From Candidatus Latescibacterota bacterium (GTDB lineage: Bacteria; Latescibacterota; UBA2968; UBA8231), in contig CBDCXV010000001.1 in assembly GCA_965223905.1 (NCBI GenBank), forward strand, positions 160,001 to 224,000: DNA of 64,000 bases, read 5' to 3'. The notes beneath the pieces are model-generated. The model was not told where the DNA came from and ran no database searches. It saw only the letters and a list, made by a program, of their open reading frames with translations. A program made the position numbers and the translations under genes. This document shows positions 1 through 8,572 of the stretch, in pieces (within the stretch, counting starts at the first letter, position 1; each line of letters opens with the position of its first letter).

Positions 1-627
1 ATCGCCCAGTGCCGCATCCACGAGTTTCTGCCCCACGAGCAGATGGAGCTCGCCGACGAGCGCGGCTGCTGGGTGACGATGCACCTGTCCAGGTTCCACG
101 GGTGCGCCGACCGGCGCAACCTCGACGATCTCGAGGAGTACACCACAAGGCGCTATCCCAACATCCGCTGGCTGCTCGCCCACTGCGCGCGCAGTTTCAC
201 CTACTGGCCGATTCGCAACGCGGTCGAGAGACTCCGGGACCTGCCCAACATTCACTACGACACCTCGGCGGTCACCGACGTCCGGCCCTACATCACGCTG
301 CTGACCCAGGAGAGGACGGAGCGCATTTTCTGGGGTACGGACGGCGTCGGCGCAGCCTTCTTCCACGGACATTACGCGGCCCTGGGCCGGTCCTGGCAGC
401 ACTACGACGCCGACGAGGGTGGGCTGCAGTTTCCGCACTGTGACGGGCGTCCGATCCTGGCGGTGTACGAGCAGCTCCTTTCGCTCAAGTTGGCCTCCGA
501 AATCGCGGGGCTGTCGCGCCACCAGATCGAGGGAATCTTCTGGCGCCATGCGGCGACAGCCCTGGGAATCGGCGAGGAGGAGGGCTTCGCCAACGGCGAT
601 CGAAGCGGCGGCGCCACCGGTTCCTGA
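1..627 (+). CDS. Amidohydrolase family protein, 5'-truncated by the window edge
   Basis: Frame open from base 1. Motifs TMH, LAHCARSF, YDTSAV and IFWGTD are typical of amidohydrolase_2 TIM barrels. Confidence 0.75.
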   Translation: MAQCRIHEFLPHEQMELADERGCWVTMHLSRFHGCADRRNLDDLEEYTTRRYPNIRWLLAHCARSFTYWPIRNAVERLRDLPNIHYDTSAVTDVRPYITLLTQERTERIFWGTDGVGAAFFHGHYAALGRSWQHYDADEGGLQFPHCDGRPILAVYEQLLSLKLASEIAGLSRHQIEGIFWRHAATALGIGEEEGFANGDRSGGATGS

Positions 628-756
628 AAGACCCCGGGACAACGAGCAGGAGACGGGTTTTTTCCGCCATGACGGCACGGGCACAGCGCGGGGCACAGTC
701 GGGTTCCCACTTCGACAACGCCGGCGATGCGCCGGGGGCGGCCGCTTCCGGGTTCC

Positions 757-2562
757 ATGTCGTCGCCTGAAAAGGCGCGTCCCGGAGGCGCGGTCGATCC
801 GATTACCCGTGAAATCATTCAGCACGCCCTGGCATCGGCCGCCGACGAGATGGCCCTGGCCCTGTACCGCACTGCGTACTCGACCATCGTCCGGGACGCC
901 CTGGACTTCTCGACCTCTCTGTGCGACGGCGACGGCGAATTGATAGGACAGGGGGTCACCCTCCCGCACCACATTGCCTCGGTGCCGGCTGCGATGGAAA
1001 CGCTGTTCGCGAAGTTCGCCGGCGACATCGAACCCGGGGATGTATTCATCCTCAACGACCCTTTCGACGGGGGCATGCACATCCCCGACATCTTCATCGT
1101 CAAGCCGGTCTTCTGGGAAGGCCAGCGAGTGGCGTTCGCCGTCAGCACCGCCCACCACATGGACCTGGGAGGACGCCTTCCCGGCAGCGCCGCCTGCGAC
1201 AATACCGAGATTTTTCAGGAAGGCTTGCGCATCCCCTGGCTGAAGCTGCATCACCGGGGCGAAGCGGACGCGGCGATCCGGACGCTGCTGCGCGCGAATG
1301 TGCGGGCGCCGCACATGACCATGGGCGACATCAACGCCCAGTTGGCAGCCTGCCATGCAGGGGAGGTCGCCATTCACGGTCTGATAAGGCGCTACGGTTT
1401 GCAGAAATTTACCGCGTGCTGCGCCGATCTGATCGACCACACGGAGCGCCTTGTGCGCGCGGAAATCAGCTCCTGGCCGGACGGCAGCCAGGCGTTCACC
1501 GATTTCATGGACAGCGACGGCACAGGCGGCCCTCCCGTGCGTATCCAGGTCACTGTAACCGTGGAAGGGGACACCCTCACCGCCGATTTCACCGGAACGG
1601 CCCCACAGGTTGCCGGCGGCATCAACTGCACGCGCTCGTTCACGGTTTCGGTGGTCACCGTGTGCGTGAGACAGATGCTGCGGGAAGATATTCCAAATAC
1701 CGCGGGCATGTTCAGACCCCTGAAGATCATCGCCCCGGAGGGGACGGTCTGCAACGGAGTCATGCCCGCGGCTTCCTCGATGCGCGGGGTCACCGGGTTT
1801 CGACTCGCCGACGCCGTTCGCGGCGCCCTGGCCGGACTGCTTCCCGACCGGGTTCCGGCGGCCGGCGAGGGAGGAAACAGTCTCGTCATCATCGGCGGAC
1901 AGCGGGACGACGGCAGGCCCTATGTCTTTTACGAACTGGTAGCGGGCACCTGGGGAGCGCGGCCGGGCCGGGACGGCAACGACGGGTTGTGCAACCCATC
2001 CACGACCGAGAGCAACGTCCCCGTCGAGGAGGCGGAAGCAGAGTATCCCGTTCGCGTCGAACGCTACGGCCTGGTGCGCGACAGCGGCGGCGCAGGCCGA
2101 TTCCGCGGCGGCATGGCGGTCGAACGCGAATGGCGGCTGTTGGCGGGAGAAGCGAGCTTGACGATCCGTTCCGACCGGAGGGATCACCTGCCCTACGGCC
2201 TCTGCGGCGGCGGACCGGGGACGGCGTCGACGAATATCCTCTACCGCGGGGATGATCGGGAACGGGAACCGGAAGTGCTGCCGACGATGATCTCGACGAC
2301 GATGAAGGCTGGCGAACGGATCTATCACCGCCAGGCGGGCGCCGGAGGCTGGGGAGACCCACTGCTGCGATCTCCGGCTGCCGTGGCTCGCGATGTCGCC
2401 GACGACAGGGTTTCGCTGCGGGGGGCGCGGGATCAGTACGGGGTGGTCCTGAACGAGCGCACGCTGGAGGTGGATGCGGACGCCACCGCGTCGCTGCGCC
2501 GGCGCATGCGCGGCGACGAACCCGGACAGACGAGGGAAGGTGGATATGGATCTGCTGATTAG
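757..2562 (+). CDS. Hydantoinase B / oxoprolinase family protein
   Basis: Motifs RTAYSTIVRDALDFS, NDPFDGGMHIPD, HHMDLGG, EIFQEGLRIP, DSGGAGRFRGG and GAGGWGDP. Start taken at ATG 757 (727 also possible). Confidence 0.92.
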   Translation: MSSPEKARPGGAVDPITREIIQHALASAADEMALALYRTAYSTIVRDALDFSTSLCDGDGELIGQGVTLPHHIASVPAAMETLFAKFAGDIEPGDVFILNDPFDGGMHIPDIFIVKPVFWEGQRVAFAVSTAHHMDLGGRLPGSAACDNTEIFQEGLRIPWLKLHHRGEADAAIRTLLRANVRAPHMTMGDINAQLAACHAGEVAIHGLIRRYGLQKFTACCADLIDHTERLVRAEISSWPDGSQAFTDFMDSDGTGGPPVRIQVTVTVEGDTLTADFTGTAPQVAGGINCTRSFTVSVVTVCVRQMLREDIPNTAGMFRPLKIIAPEGTVCNGVMPAASSMRGVTGFRLADAVRGALAGLLPDRVPAAGEGGNSLVIIGGQRDDGRPYVFYELVAGTWGARPGRDGNDGLCNPSTTESNVPVEEAEAEYPVRVERYGLVRDSGGAGRFRGGMAVEREWRLLAGEASLTIRSDRRDHLPYGLCGGGPGTASTNILYRGDDREREPEVLPTMISTTMKAGERIYHRQAGAGGWGDPLLRSPAAVARDVADDRVSLRGARDQYGVVLNERTLEVDADATASLRRRMRGDEPGQTREGGYGSAD

Positions 2563-4135
2563 CGGCGGCAGCGTCGTGGACGGTACCGGGAACCCACCAC
2601 GGCGCGCCGACGTGGCGGTCGAAGATGGGCGCATCCTCGACGTGGGACCCATCGAAAAACGGGAAGAAGTGCCCTGTCTCTACGCCAGCGGCCTGCTGGT
2701 GGCCCCCGGCTTCATCGACATCCACAGTCATTCGGACTTCACCCTGATCGTCGACCCCCGCGCGGTGAGCTCGATCACCCAGGGCGTGACCTTGGAAGTG
2801 GTCGGCAACTGCGGTCACGGGTGCGCGCCCATCGTCGACGCCGAGCTGGCCAGGTCGAACATCTACGGCAGTCGCGCTGACTCGGAGATCGACTGGCATA
2901 CGATGGCCGAATACCTCGAACGTCTCGAAGCAGGAAGACCGGCGGTCAACGTAGCGACTCTGGTTCCAAACGGCATCCTGCGGCTTGCCGCCGTCGAGCA
3001 GCTCGACCGCCCGTCGACGCCAGACGAGCTCGAGCAGATGAAACGGCTGCTCGCCCAAGGGTTGGAGGAAGGGGCGATCGGCTTTTCCACCGGACTCGAA
3101 TACGGCCCGGAAACGGCCTGCCCGGAGGAGGAGATCGTCGAACTCTGCCGGGTAGCAGCGCAGGCCGGGGGTTTGTACGCGACGCACACCCGGAACCGCT
3201 ACGGGGAAGCACACGAGACCATCGCCGAGGCGATCCGCACCAGCACCGCCTCCGGCGTCCCCCTTCAAATCTCACATATTCAAGTAGTGGCGCGATTGGG
3301 CGAGGACGGCCGGGAGGCGTTCGAGCATGCCCTCCAACAGGTCGAACAGGCGCGGGATCAGGGGGTGGATATCGGCTTCGACATGCACACCCGCCTGTTC
3401 GGGACCACGCACCTGAGCACCGCCCTGCCGCCGTGGGCGGTCAAGGGGGACAAGGCGGCCATCGCGGCGCGGTTGCGGGACCGCGGCGTGCGCGCAGAGC
3501 TGAAGAGCTACCGCAGCCACCTGCGCTCGCTGGTTCAGGACGACTGGAATAAAATCATTCTGTTTGACAGCAAAACGGCGCCCGAGCTGTCCCGCAGGAG
3601 CATCGCCGAGATCGCGGAGCTGACGGGCGTCGACCCATTCGATGCCATCTGCGACCTCCTGCTCGGCGAAATCGGCGACATGCACAGCCTGATGGTGATC
3701 GCCCTGACCTACCGGGAGGAAGAAAACAGAATCGCCTTCGAGCATCGCCACTGCATGGTCGCCTCCGACGCCACCGCGCTGGCGATCGATGGTCCCCTGC
3801 AGGGCACCTCGTTCCACGGGGCCTACACCTGGGCTTCCTGGTTTTACCGCCATTTCGTCCGCGACACCGCGACCTTCAGTCCCCAGGAGGCGGTGCGACG
3901 GCTCACCTCCCTCCCGGCGCGGCGGCTCGGCATCAGCGACCGGGGAGTCCTCCGCAAAGGCGCGTGGGCCGATCTGGCGATTTTCGATCCGCAGACGTTC
4001 GGCGAGCGCGGCACCACCTACGAGCCGAACCAGACCGCTGCCGGCATGATCCACGTCGTCGTCAACGGTATCGTTTCTGTAGAGAACGGCGAGCTTACGG
4101 GAATGCGCGGGGGACAGGTGGTGCGCAGCGGATAG
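2546..4135 (+). CDS. N-acyl-D-amino-acid deacylase (D-aminoacylase family)
   Basis: APGFIDIHSHSD, GNCG, HTR, SHI, ASD and ADLAIFDP motifs. Overlaps the end of the upstream gene. Confidence 0.9.
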   Translation: MDLLISGGSVVDGTGNPPRRADVAVEDGRILDVGPIEKREEVPCLYASGLLVAPGFIDIHSHSDFTLIVDPRAVSSITQGVTLEVVGNCGHGCAPIVDAELARSNIYGSRADSEIDWHTMAEYLERLEAGRPAVNVATLVPNGILRLAAVEQLDRPSTPDELEQMKRLLAQGLEEGAIGFSTGLEYGPETACPEEEIVELCRVAAQAGGLYATHTRNRYGEAHETIAEAIRTSTASGVPLQISHIQVVARLGEDGREAFEHALQQVEQARDQGVDIGFDMHTRLFGTTHLSTALPPWAVKGDKAAIAARLRDRGVRAELKSYRSHLRSLVQDDWNKIILFDSKTAPELSRRSIAEIAELTGVDPFDAICDLLLGEIGDMHSLMVIALTYREEENRIAFEHRHCMVASDATALAIDGPLQGTSFHGAYTWASWFYRHFVRDTATFSPQEAVRRLTSLPARRLGISDRGVLRKGAWADLAIFDPQTFGERGTTYEPNQTAAGMIHVVVNGIVSVENGELTGMRGGQVVRSG

Positions 4136-4140
4136 GATCC

Positions 4141-5136
4141 TCAAAACCGGGTGTGGTCGTAGTCTCCAAAGGGCACATCCACCCCAAGCTCCGCGGCGAT
4201 CTCCTCCAAAGCTTGCCGGTGCTCGGGACCGACCGGGATGCCGTGCCGCCGGTGCTCCCGCTCCCAGGCCCACTCGATACCCCCGGCCAGCTCGGCCCTG
4301 TCCGTGCCGGGCAAGGGCTGCATGGCGCGGGCCTGGCCGATAAAGCGGTCCATCTCCTTCTTGAACTCATCCACCGGCAGAAAGCGCCCCACGTCGAAGA
4401 AGGCGACGAAGGCGCCTTGATTGGTCTGCCAGGGAGTCTGCGGTTCCTGAAATTCGGGCCGGTAGATGCCGGGGAGGATCGCCCCCAGGGCCTGGATCAC
4501 CGCGCCCAGGCCCAAGGTCTTGAAAACCAGCGCGGGGTATTGCTCGAACAGTCCCGGGTATACCGGGTTGGCCATGTCCAACACCAGGGGGGGTTGTTCC
4601 CCTGCGGGAAGAGCGATGCTGAAGGGTGAGTTGATACCGGCCGCGGAGACGGGTTTGTCCGGCTCGGGCCAGTAGCGGTGCGACGAGGTCGCGATACCGA
4701 TGAGTTGGCGCGACAGCCCCATGCGGGAATAGAGGCCGGCGGCGCCGAAGTGGTAGTGGTTGCGGGTAGTGAGCGCGGCCATCCCGCACTCGGCGACCTT
4801 GTCGATGAGCTGCTCGGCCCCGCGCCAGCACGGGAAGTAACCCAGGCCGCCGTCGCCGTCCAATACCAGGGTGGTAGCGGATTCCTGGACCACCTCGATT
4901 TCGGGTCGCGGGTTGACCTTGCCTTCAAGAATCAAAGGGAGATAGTGCGCCACCAGTTTGGTACCATGGCTGAACACGCAGCGCAGATCGCTGCCGACGA
5001 GCAGATCCGCCAGGAGTTCGGCGTCCAGTCGCCGGAGACCTGCCCGTTCGCCGAGGGTGGTCACCAGCTTTCGAAGAACGCCGGCTGGCACACGGATGCC
5101 TTCTTCGGGTGGAAAATTGCCTGAGGGATGTTTCAC
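4141..5136 (-). CDS. Ldh_2 family oxidoreductase (malate/L-lactate/ureidoglycolate dehydrogenase-like)
   Basis: DLRCVFSHG, DGDGGLG, RNHYHFGAAG and LVLDMA motifs. Start moved to GTG 5136 because a promoter-like sequence occupies 5180-5208. Confidence 0.85.
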   Translation of the reverse strand: MKHPSGNFPPEEGIRVPAGVLRKLVTTLGERAGLRRLDAELLADLLVGSDLRCVFSHGTKLVAHYLPLILEGKVNPRPEIEVVQESATTLVLDGDGGLGYFPCWRGAEQLIDKVAECGMAALTTRNHYHFGAAGLYSRMGLSRQLIGIATSSHRYWPEPDKPVSAAGINSPFSIALPAGEQPPLVLDMANPVYPGLFEQYPALVFKTLGLGAVIQALGAILPGIYRPEFQEPQTPWQTNQGAFVAFFDVGRFLPVDEFKKEMDRFIGQARAMQPLPGTDRAELAGGIEWAWEREHRRHGIPVGPEHRQALEEIAAELGVDVPFGDYDHTRF

Positions 5137-5179
5137 GGACGGGCAAAGTAGGCCGTGCCGGACGGAGCAGCCAGTCGTT

Positions 5180-5208
5180 TTGACACGCAAAATCCGAACA
5201 GCTATTCT
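5180..5208 (+). promoter_or_regulatory. Sigma70-type promoter for the PPIase-TPR gene
   Basis: TTGACA (5180-5185), 17-nt spacer, TATTCT (5203-5208), about 50 nt upstream of ATG 5261. Confidence 0.6.
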
Positions 5209-5260
5209 CCCGCCGCTCACCGTATATCCCAATCCTTGAAGATTGCACACGAATAGGCAG

Positions 5261-7687
5261 ATGTCCTACCAGAGGTTCATGTGGGGCTGCAGAGTTCTCT
5301 GCACACTGACTTGCCTGAGCACTGCGTGCACCGAACCGCCTGCACAACATGAGGGAACGGTAGCCCTGGTCGCTCAGGAGGCCATCAGCGGTGCTGAACT
5401 GGAGGAGTTTGCCGCGGGATTGCTGCCCGGGTTGCGCTCAAAAAAGAGCGGACAGGAAGCCCGGGTCGATTATGTGCGCACCCTGATCGACGAGAAGCTG
5501 CTCGTCCTCGAAGCTCGCTCACGGGGACTCGATACCACCCGGACCTTCAGGACGAATCTCGAACAGGCGTTCCGTGCCCACGTCGTCGAGTATTACCGAG
5601 CACGCCACCTGTATCCACAGATAGAGATTTCAGAAAAGGAGATTCGCGATCGGTTCGTACAAGACAGCTTCAGCCGCGAAAGGGAGATGCGGCTGCTGGT
5701 GGTCTCGACGGCGGCGGCGGCGACTCGACTCCGTGAGCAGATCGAGAAGCGAGGAGCCGACTTCTCCGAGCTTGCCCGGTCTCACAGCATCGACAAGCGC
5801 AGGGCTCCCGAGGGAGGGTACGTCGGATTCGTCAACACGCACCGGGCTGAGAGATTCTTCGTTCCGCGCCAGGTCTTCGACACCCTTCCCACCGGGGAGG
5901 TATCTCGACCCCTGCCCGTGCGGGACCTCTTTCAGCTCGCCCTGTTCACGCAGGAACGGGCAGGGGACTTCACCCGCGGTAGAGGGAGAATCAGAGGCCG
6001 CCTTTGGAAAGAGAGACTTGCCATTCACAGCCAAGCCCTGGCCGAGGAGCTGGCCCTCAGGTTCGGCCTCGGAATGGACGGCGAGGGACTGAAGGTTCTG
6101 CGGCAGGGGAAGGGGCAAGCGGCATCGCCAGGGCCGAAGCTGACGTCCTCGGAAGCAGGGACAGTGCTCTACGGCTACGATCGCGGACGGATAACGGTCG
6201 CCGAGTACCTCGATGCATTCCGCGGCACCGGCGCCCGCCCGGGCATAGGAGACAGTCTCGAGGTGGCCGGAGCCGCCTGGAAGCACGTGATACCCAGGGT
6301 GTTGTTCTGGGAAGCCGCACGCCAGGAGGGCTATCACGAGCTGCCGTCCATGCTCGAGTGGAGGGACCGGGAAGAGACCGACCAGCTGCTCAAGGCCTTG
6401 CGCCAAAAAGAGGTCGCCGAACAGATAGTCATCGATGAGGAAGAGGTGGAGCAGTTCTACCGCGACACCCCGGCATTGTTCGCGGAGGCGGAGGCGGTCT
6501 GGATCCGGGAGGTGCTGGTCGAGGATGCAGACCAGGCCACCCAGCTGCGGCGACGTCTGGATTCAGGGGAGGAGATGGATTCCCTCGTCCATCTGAGCCG
6601 CCGTCCCGGAGCCGATGAGAACGAGGGGAAGTTGCACATCCACCCCGACCAGAGGCCGACTTTCGGGAACCTCGTGGACCGGGCCCTTGCCGCCGAGGTG
6701 GGCCAGGTGGTCGGCCCGGTGGAGACGAAGGACGGTTACTCCCTCTTCCGTGTGCTGGAAAAAAGCGGGGGTCAGTTGCCGTTTACCGAAGTCGCGAAAC
6801 GGGCGAGGGCCACCCTCCGGCTTCGCGAGGAGAACCGGCTCTTCAACGTCATGGTCGGCGCGATCCGAGAGAAATACGCCGATCAGGTGCAGATTTTCGA
6901 GGAAGAGCTCAGTGCCGTGCAGATTCCGGGAAAGGATACGCCACCCCCCCATGTGCAGCAGCGACGCCGCAACAAGCTAAACAAGCTCGCTGCGGAGCAC
7001 TTCAATGGAGGCAGGTACGACAAGGCTGCGGAAACCTACCAGAAGGTTCTGGAAATGGATTCTTCCCTCGTGGACGCGCACTACAATCTCGGCGCGGCCT
7101 ACCAGAAAATGGGTCGTGTCGACGAGGCGATCTCGGCCTACGAGACCGCCATCCGCGTGGATTCGACCTTCATTCCCACATATCACGATCTCGCCCTCGC
7201 CCTCGTGCACGGGAGAGATTTCGGGGCGGCATACAGACAGTTGGAAAGGGCTCTTCGGATCGAGCCTGGGTCAGCGGATACCTACCGCACCCTGGCCTTT
7301 TTCTATTCTGCCCAGGAGCAGTTCGACCGCGCAGAGGAAGCCCTGTCGAAGGCAGTAGAGGCCGACTCCAGCAGTGCGGGAGCGTGGCGTGAACTCGGCA
7401 TCCTGTACAGACAACTGGGACGGTCCGAGGATGCGGAGGCCCCGCTGTTGCGGGCGGTCGAGCTCGATCCGGCCGACAAGGAGGCCTTGAATGAGCTAGG
7501 TGGACTGTATGCGGAGGAAGGGCGCTACGACGAGGCGGAGAGGAGTCTGCAGCAGGCCCTGGAGATCGATCCGGATTACGCCGAAGCCTACTACAACCTG
7601 TCGCAGCTGCGCTCAGCGCAGGGAATGGTGGAAGAAGCGCAAAGGATGCTCGAGCGCTTCGACAGCCTTTCTACACAAGCGAGATGA
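5261..7687 (+). CDS. Putative lipoprotein with two PpiC/rotamase-like domains (SurA/PrsA-like) and C-terminal TPR repeats
   Basis: Lipobox-like LSTAC. Parvulin motifs GADFSELARSHSID...EGGYVG and VGPVETKDGYSLF. About 7 TPRs (AHYNLGAAYQKMG, AYYNLS). Confidence 0.8.
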   Translation: MSYQRFMWGCRVLCTLTCLSTACTEPPAQHEGTVALVAQEAISGAELEEFAAGLLPGLRSKKSGQEARVDYVRTLIDEKLLVLEARSRGLDTTRTFRTNLEQAFRAHVVEYYRARHLYPQIEISEKEIRDRFVQDSFSREREMRLLVVSTAAAATRLREQIEKRGADFSELARSHSIDKRRAPEGGYVGFVNTHRAERFFVPRQVFDTLPTGEVSRPLPVRDLFQLALFTQERAGDFTRGRGRIRGRLWKERLAIHSQALAEELALRFGLGMDGEGLKVLRQGKGQAASPGPKLTSSEAGTVLYGYDRGRITVAEYLDAFRGTGARPGIGDSLEVAGAAWKHVIPRVLFWEAARQEGYHELPSMLEWRDREETDQLLKALRQKEVAEQIVIDEEEVEQFYRDTPALFAEAEAVWIREVLVEDADQATQLRRRLDSGEEMDSLVHLSRRPGADENEGKLHIHPDQRPTFGNLVDRALAAEVGQVVGPVETKDGYSLFRVLEKSGGQLPFTEVAKRARATLRLREENRLFNVMVGAIREKYADQVQIFEEELSAVQIPGKDTPPPHVQQRRRNKLNKLAAEHFNGGRYDKAAETYQKVLEMDSSLVDAHYNLGAAYQKMGRVDEAISAYETAIRVDSTFIPTYHDLALALVHGRDFGAAYRQLERALRIEPGSADTYRTLAFFYSAQEQFDRAEEALSKAVEADSSSAGAWRELGILYRQLGRSEDAEAPLLRAVELDPADKEALNELGGLYAEEGRYDEAERSLQQALEIDPDYAEAYYNLSQLRSAQGMVEEAQRMLERFDSLSTQAR

Positions 7688-7696
7688 AGTGACCGA

Positions 7697-8467
7697 TCAT
7701 CGGTACTGATCCAGGTCGCCCCGGTACTGGAGTCCGAGTACTTCTCGAGAGCGCGCCACGTTGCAGTGCGCATCGGCCTCGGGTGTGCCCACGATGTGGA
7801 AGATGTCGAAATCGATGGAATCCGATTCAATCGCCAGTCTGCAGGCCTCGGCCAAATCGTGCCGGCAGACCCAGCCATTCGCCCGGGGTGACCCTCCCGG
7901 CCCCAATTTTTCTCGCGCGCGGCCCAGGCCCAGCCTGCTGTCGACGATGTAGTCGGGCCGCAACACGATGATCCTGAGCCCGTAGGCCTCGTGGTGCTGC
8001 CGGCACATCTCCTCCTGCAGCCGCTTTGAGATGGCGTACGGACTGCCGTCCGGTCTCCTCACCTCGGAGGTGAAGAACACGCCCCAGGGGTGCACGGTAG
8101 GACACGAGCCCAGGTGCACGACGCGCCTGACACCGTGCTGGCGGGCCGATTCGAGGACATTCCAGAGCCCCTTCAGGTTGAAGAGGTAGGGCCGCTCGTC
8201 GTCCACGGTGTAGGCGTTCGGGGCAGCGGCGTAGAGGACGGCGGCGTGAATGACGGCATCCGAGCCGGCGACCGCCCGGTCCACCATTGAGTAATCCGCG
8301 ATGTCGCCATGGACGATCTCGCCGTCGTCCCAGGTTCCGTCCACATCCTTCCACGCGTCCCAGGCCTCGGGGGAGTAGTCGGCGGCGCGAACTTCGTGCC
8401 GGCCGGACAGATTCTGCAGTATGGCTCGTCCCAGCCAGCCGGCAGCGCCAAACACTACCACCTTCAC
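7697..8467 (-). CDS. NAD-dependent epimerase/dehydratase (SDR, uronate dehydrogenase-like)
   Basis: GAAGWLG Rossmann motif and YAISK catalytic YxxxK. Confidence 0.85.
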   Translation of the reverse strand: MKVVVFGAAGWLGRAILQNLSGRHEVRAADYSPEAWDAWKDVDGTWDDGEIVHGDIADYSMVDRAVAGSDAVIHAAVLYAAAPNAYTVDDERPYLFNLKGLWNVLESARQHGVRRVVHLGSCPTVHPWGVFFTSEVRRPDGSPYAISKRLQEEMCRQHHEAYGLRIIVLRPDYIVDSRLGLGRAREKLGPGGSPRANGWVCRHDLAEACRLAIESDSIDFDIFHIVGTPEADAHCNVARSREVLGLQYRGDLDQYR

Positions 8468-8572
8468 GTCTCTACCTCCTGCAAGTGGGGGTTGAAGTTG
8501 AGAACTCCTCGCCGGGCTGGTCCTCCGTATATCAGGTCCACGATCGTCATTCTGCCTCCCAACTGAGTCGCT

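Noticed and set aside
5137-5250. N-terminal extension of the Ldh_2 ORF
   Set aside because: It overlaps a near-consensus promoter for the divergent gene and lacks family-like sequence.
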